This document shows positions 40,968 through 43,021 of a stretch of 43,021 nucleotides of DNA, piece after piece. Origin of the DNA: Prevotella sp. (GTDB taxonomy: Bacteria; Bacteroidota; Bacteroidia; Bacteroidales; Dysgonomonadaceae); contig JAITVV010000016.1 in the NCBI GenBank assembly GCA_031285625.1, positions 1-43,021 of the forward strand, read 5' to 3'. Within the stretch, counting starts at the first letter, position 1. Each line of letters begins with the position of its first letter. A program made the position numbers and the translations under genes. The notes under the pieces were generated by a model. It saw nothing but the letters and a program-made list of their open reading frames with translations, was not told the origin of the DNA and did not search any database.

Positions 40968-41882
40968 TTAATTTACTGTATAAAATGCCCTGATCTTTTT
41001 ATATATAGCTACAATGTTGACTTCAGCCATAAGCATGGCCAATAAGATTAATGTTCCACCGATTATTGTTCTGCCCGTAATTTCTTCGTTCAATAAAACA
41101 TAAGCAAATATGGTTGCAAAAATAGGTTCACACAAGTATGTGAGAGCTATTTTTTCCGCCTCGATATACCTCTGGGCTGCATTCTGGATGCAATACATGT
41201 AAGCAGTAGACAAAGCTCCTACAAATAACAATGCTTTCCAGACATCAGGAGACAGCGGCATAGAAATAGCACCGGCACCTTGTGTAGATATAGTCAGCAC
41301 CCCTGCCAAAACGGCGCAGATAAATAATTGAATAATTACAAACGGGATTGCATCCACCTTTGATTGCCGATCCGTACTTACTCTGCTTACATACAAAACA
41401 TAGGCAGAATAAAATAACGATCCCGTAAATACCATCAGGTCTCCTATCCTAAAGTTAGACAAACCGGACGCCATTGCAATAGTGTACAATCCTGCCAGAG
41501 CCAAAAGACAGGCAACCCACATTTTGGGCTGAATGGATTTTTTCAGGAACAGAAATGCAAATAAAGGAATTAATACAACCTCAATACCTGCAATAAATGA
41601 TGCATTGGACGAACTTGTATATTTAAGACCCACCGTTTGCCAGCATATACCCATAAACAGGAATATTCCGGCTATAGAACCTTTTTTTATTGTTTCATTA
41701 TTTATTTTAGGAACTTGCTTGTGAAATATTAAAGCCAGGATAAAAGCCGCTATCAAGAAACGGTAAAACATGAAAGTGTAAGGGTGGATAGAATCGAATG
41801 CATCTTTGGATAAAGGAAATGAAATTCCCCAAAATGCAGTTCCCAATACTAAGAGAGGCAGGTAAATTTTGCTTTTACTCAT
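40968..41882 (-). CDS. DMT/EamA family transporter
   Basis: About 10 TM in two repeats; FWGISF, YRFLIAA, GLKYTSSSNASFI, EPIFA. Confidence 0.92.
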   Translation of the reverse strand: MSKSKIYLPLLVLGTAFWGISFPLSKDAFDSIHPYTFMFYRFLIAAFILALIFHKQVPKINNETIKKGSIAGIFLFMGICWQTVGLKYTSSSNASFIAGIEVVLIPLFAFLFLKKSIQPKMWVACLLALAGLYTIAMASGLSNFRIGDLMVFTGSLFYSAYVLYVSRVSTDRQSKVDAIPFVIIQLFICAVLAGVLTISTQGAGAISMPLSPDVWKALLFVGALSTAYMYCIQNAAQRYIEAEKIALTYLCEPIFATIFAYVLLNEEITGRTIIGGTLILLAMLMAEVNIVAIYKKIRAFYTVN

Positions 41883-42046
41883 CAGTCAAATAATTTAAAA
41901 ATTAATATATCTAAATTATTAGGGTATGCAAAGAACGCTTTACAAAAGGATACTTACACTCCCTATTTTCTTCCCTAATGATGGAATGCAAGTAGCAAAA
42001 TCCTTATCTGAGGCGCAAAATTATATCTTTTTTACAAACTAACAAA
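41883..42046 (-). promoter_or_regulatory. Promoter and structured 5' leader of the EamA gene
   Basis: TTTG (42043-42046)-N19-TAATTTTG (42016-42023); about 125-nt leader with stem 41946-42005. Confidence 0.6.
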
Positions 42047-42135
42047 ATTGGTTGTGAAGAAAAGCTATATAATAGACGAACTCAATAACCTATAGATAGA
42101 TATTGAGCCATATTTTTGATGGAGTAAGTAAAAAA

Positions 42136-42170
42136 CAAAAAAGCAACCTGAATTTTCAGATTGCTTTTTG
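42136..42170 (-). terminator. Terminator after rplT
   Basis: AAAAAGCAATCTGA...TCAGGTTGCTTTTTT on the minus strand. Confidence 0.8.
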
Positions 42171-42188
42171 TCTGTATCTATAGATATT

Positions 42189-42533
42189 TTATTTTACTTT
42201 ATCTACGATTGCTTTGAACGCTTCCGGATGATTCATTGCAAGGTCTGCAAGAACCTTACGGTTGATCTCTACACCATTTTTGTGAAGAGCTCCCATCAGG
42301 CGAGAGTAAGACATTCCTTCAAGGCGTGCAGCTGCATTGATACGTTGTATCCAAAGTGCACGGAAGTTGCGTTTTTTAGCACGACGGTCACGGAAAGCAT
42401 AGGTAAGACCTTTTTCCCATGTGTTTTTGGCTACTGTCCACACATTTTTACGTGCTCCGTAGTAACCTCTTGTTAGTTTTAATACTTTTTTTCTGCGGTT
42501 GCGCGAAGCAACATGATTGACTGATCTTGGCAT
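42189..42533 (-). CDS. rplT: 50S ribosomal protein L20
   Basis: [32 protein letters not shown]. Confidence 0.99.
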   Translation of the reverse strand: MPRSVNHVASRNRRKKVLKLTRGYYGARKNVWTVAKNTWEKGLTYAFRDRRAKKRNFRALWIQRINAAARLEGMSYSRLMGALHKNGVEINRKVLADLAMNHPEAFKAIVDKVK

Positions 42534-42635
42534 ATTTTACATTGTTTTGAATGTTAGCGGTTTTCTGTTTCAAAAACTCTTTGTTGCATACATCCGGTTA
42601 ATAAATCTTTAAAACTTGCTTTAAACGAAATGCAA

Positions 42636-42833
42636 TTATTTCATTCCCAATAATTGTTTAACAGCTTTTTCGTCCACCTTATTCACTGTACCTGTGTGAG
42701 TAAGATTTCTTTTTTGCTTTTTCGTTTTCTTAGTCAGAATGTGACTTTTGAAAGCATGTTTTCTTTTGATTTTTCCTGATCCGGTAAGGCTAAACCTTTT
42801 TTTGGCACCGGAATTAGTCTTCATTTTTGGCAT
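42636..42833 (-). CDS. rpmI: 50S ribosomal protein L35
   Basis: [20 protein letters not shown]. Confidence 0.99.
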   Translation of the reverse strand: MPKMKTNSGAKKRFSLTGSGKIKRKHAFKSHILTKKTKKQKRNLTHTGTVNKVDEKAVKQLLGMK

Positions 42834-42902
42834 CTCTAAATTGTAATTTTAATTGTATATAATATAGCACACATAATGTGTTTACTGCTTGATGCGGAGA
42901 AA

Positions 42903-43021
42903 TTAATCTTCCGTTTCTACTTTCTCTTCTGTTTCCGTATCGGGTTTTTGCACTTGAGTTTTCTCGGGCTTCACCACTTTGGGTGTTGCGGCTCTCACAG
43001 GCTGTTTTTTTGGAGATAGCA
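42903..43021 (-). CDS. infC: 3' end of translation initiation factor IF-3 (partial, runs off the window)
   Basis: Frame reads ...LSPKKQPVRAATPKVVKPEK...ETED*; LSPKK typical of IF-3 end; position directly upstream of rpmI. Confidence 0.75.
   Translation of the reverse strand, partial: LSPKKQPVRAATPKVVKPEKTQVQKPDTETEEKVETED

Noticed and set aside
41883-42135. Bacteroidales-1 (6S-like) RNA, reported to lie often downstream of rplT
   Set aside because: The only promoter found leads into the EamA leader; no long rod with its own strong terminator seen; needs an Rfam scan to exclude fully

Overview
Gene-dense chromosomal window from a Bacteroidales bacterium (inferred from SusC/SusD, TAnnTTTG promoters and gene content; Dysgonomonas-like is a guess). 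Housekeeping genes: ruvX, def, mrp/apbC, trmB, an MsbA-like ABC transporter, thrS, class I fumarase, purN, acpP-fabF-rnc, folD, tRNA-Arg(CCG), and the infC 3' end with rpmI-rplT. Accessory blocks: a stand-alone wza-wza-wzc export module, an enzyme-less ECF sigma/FecR/SusC/SusD locus, and a cluster of small orphan genes at 22.2-24.9 kb. The most notable signals are non-coding: (1) a ~600-bp GC-rich, highly base-paired element with hairpin arms and imperfect terminal inverted repeats (24849-25449), with a degenerate, internally deleted inverted copy at ~39225-39533; (2) a second two-copy MITE/REP composite (4713-4828, 17515-17662); (3) a DonS-type antisense sRNA candidate at the susC start; (4) a riboswitch/attenuator-like leader upstream of an EamA transporter; (5) a shared RAAC-N16/17-YGTT promoter-like motif in front of three small genes; (6) several unannotated sORFs. 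No CRISPR array, transposase, integrase or recognisable defence system was seen. All family calls are by eye; no searches were run.
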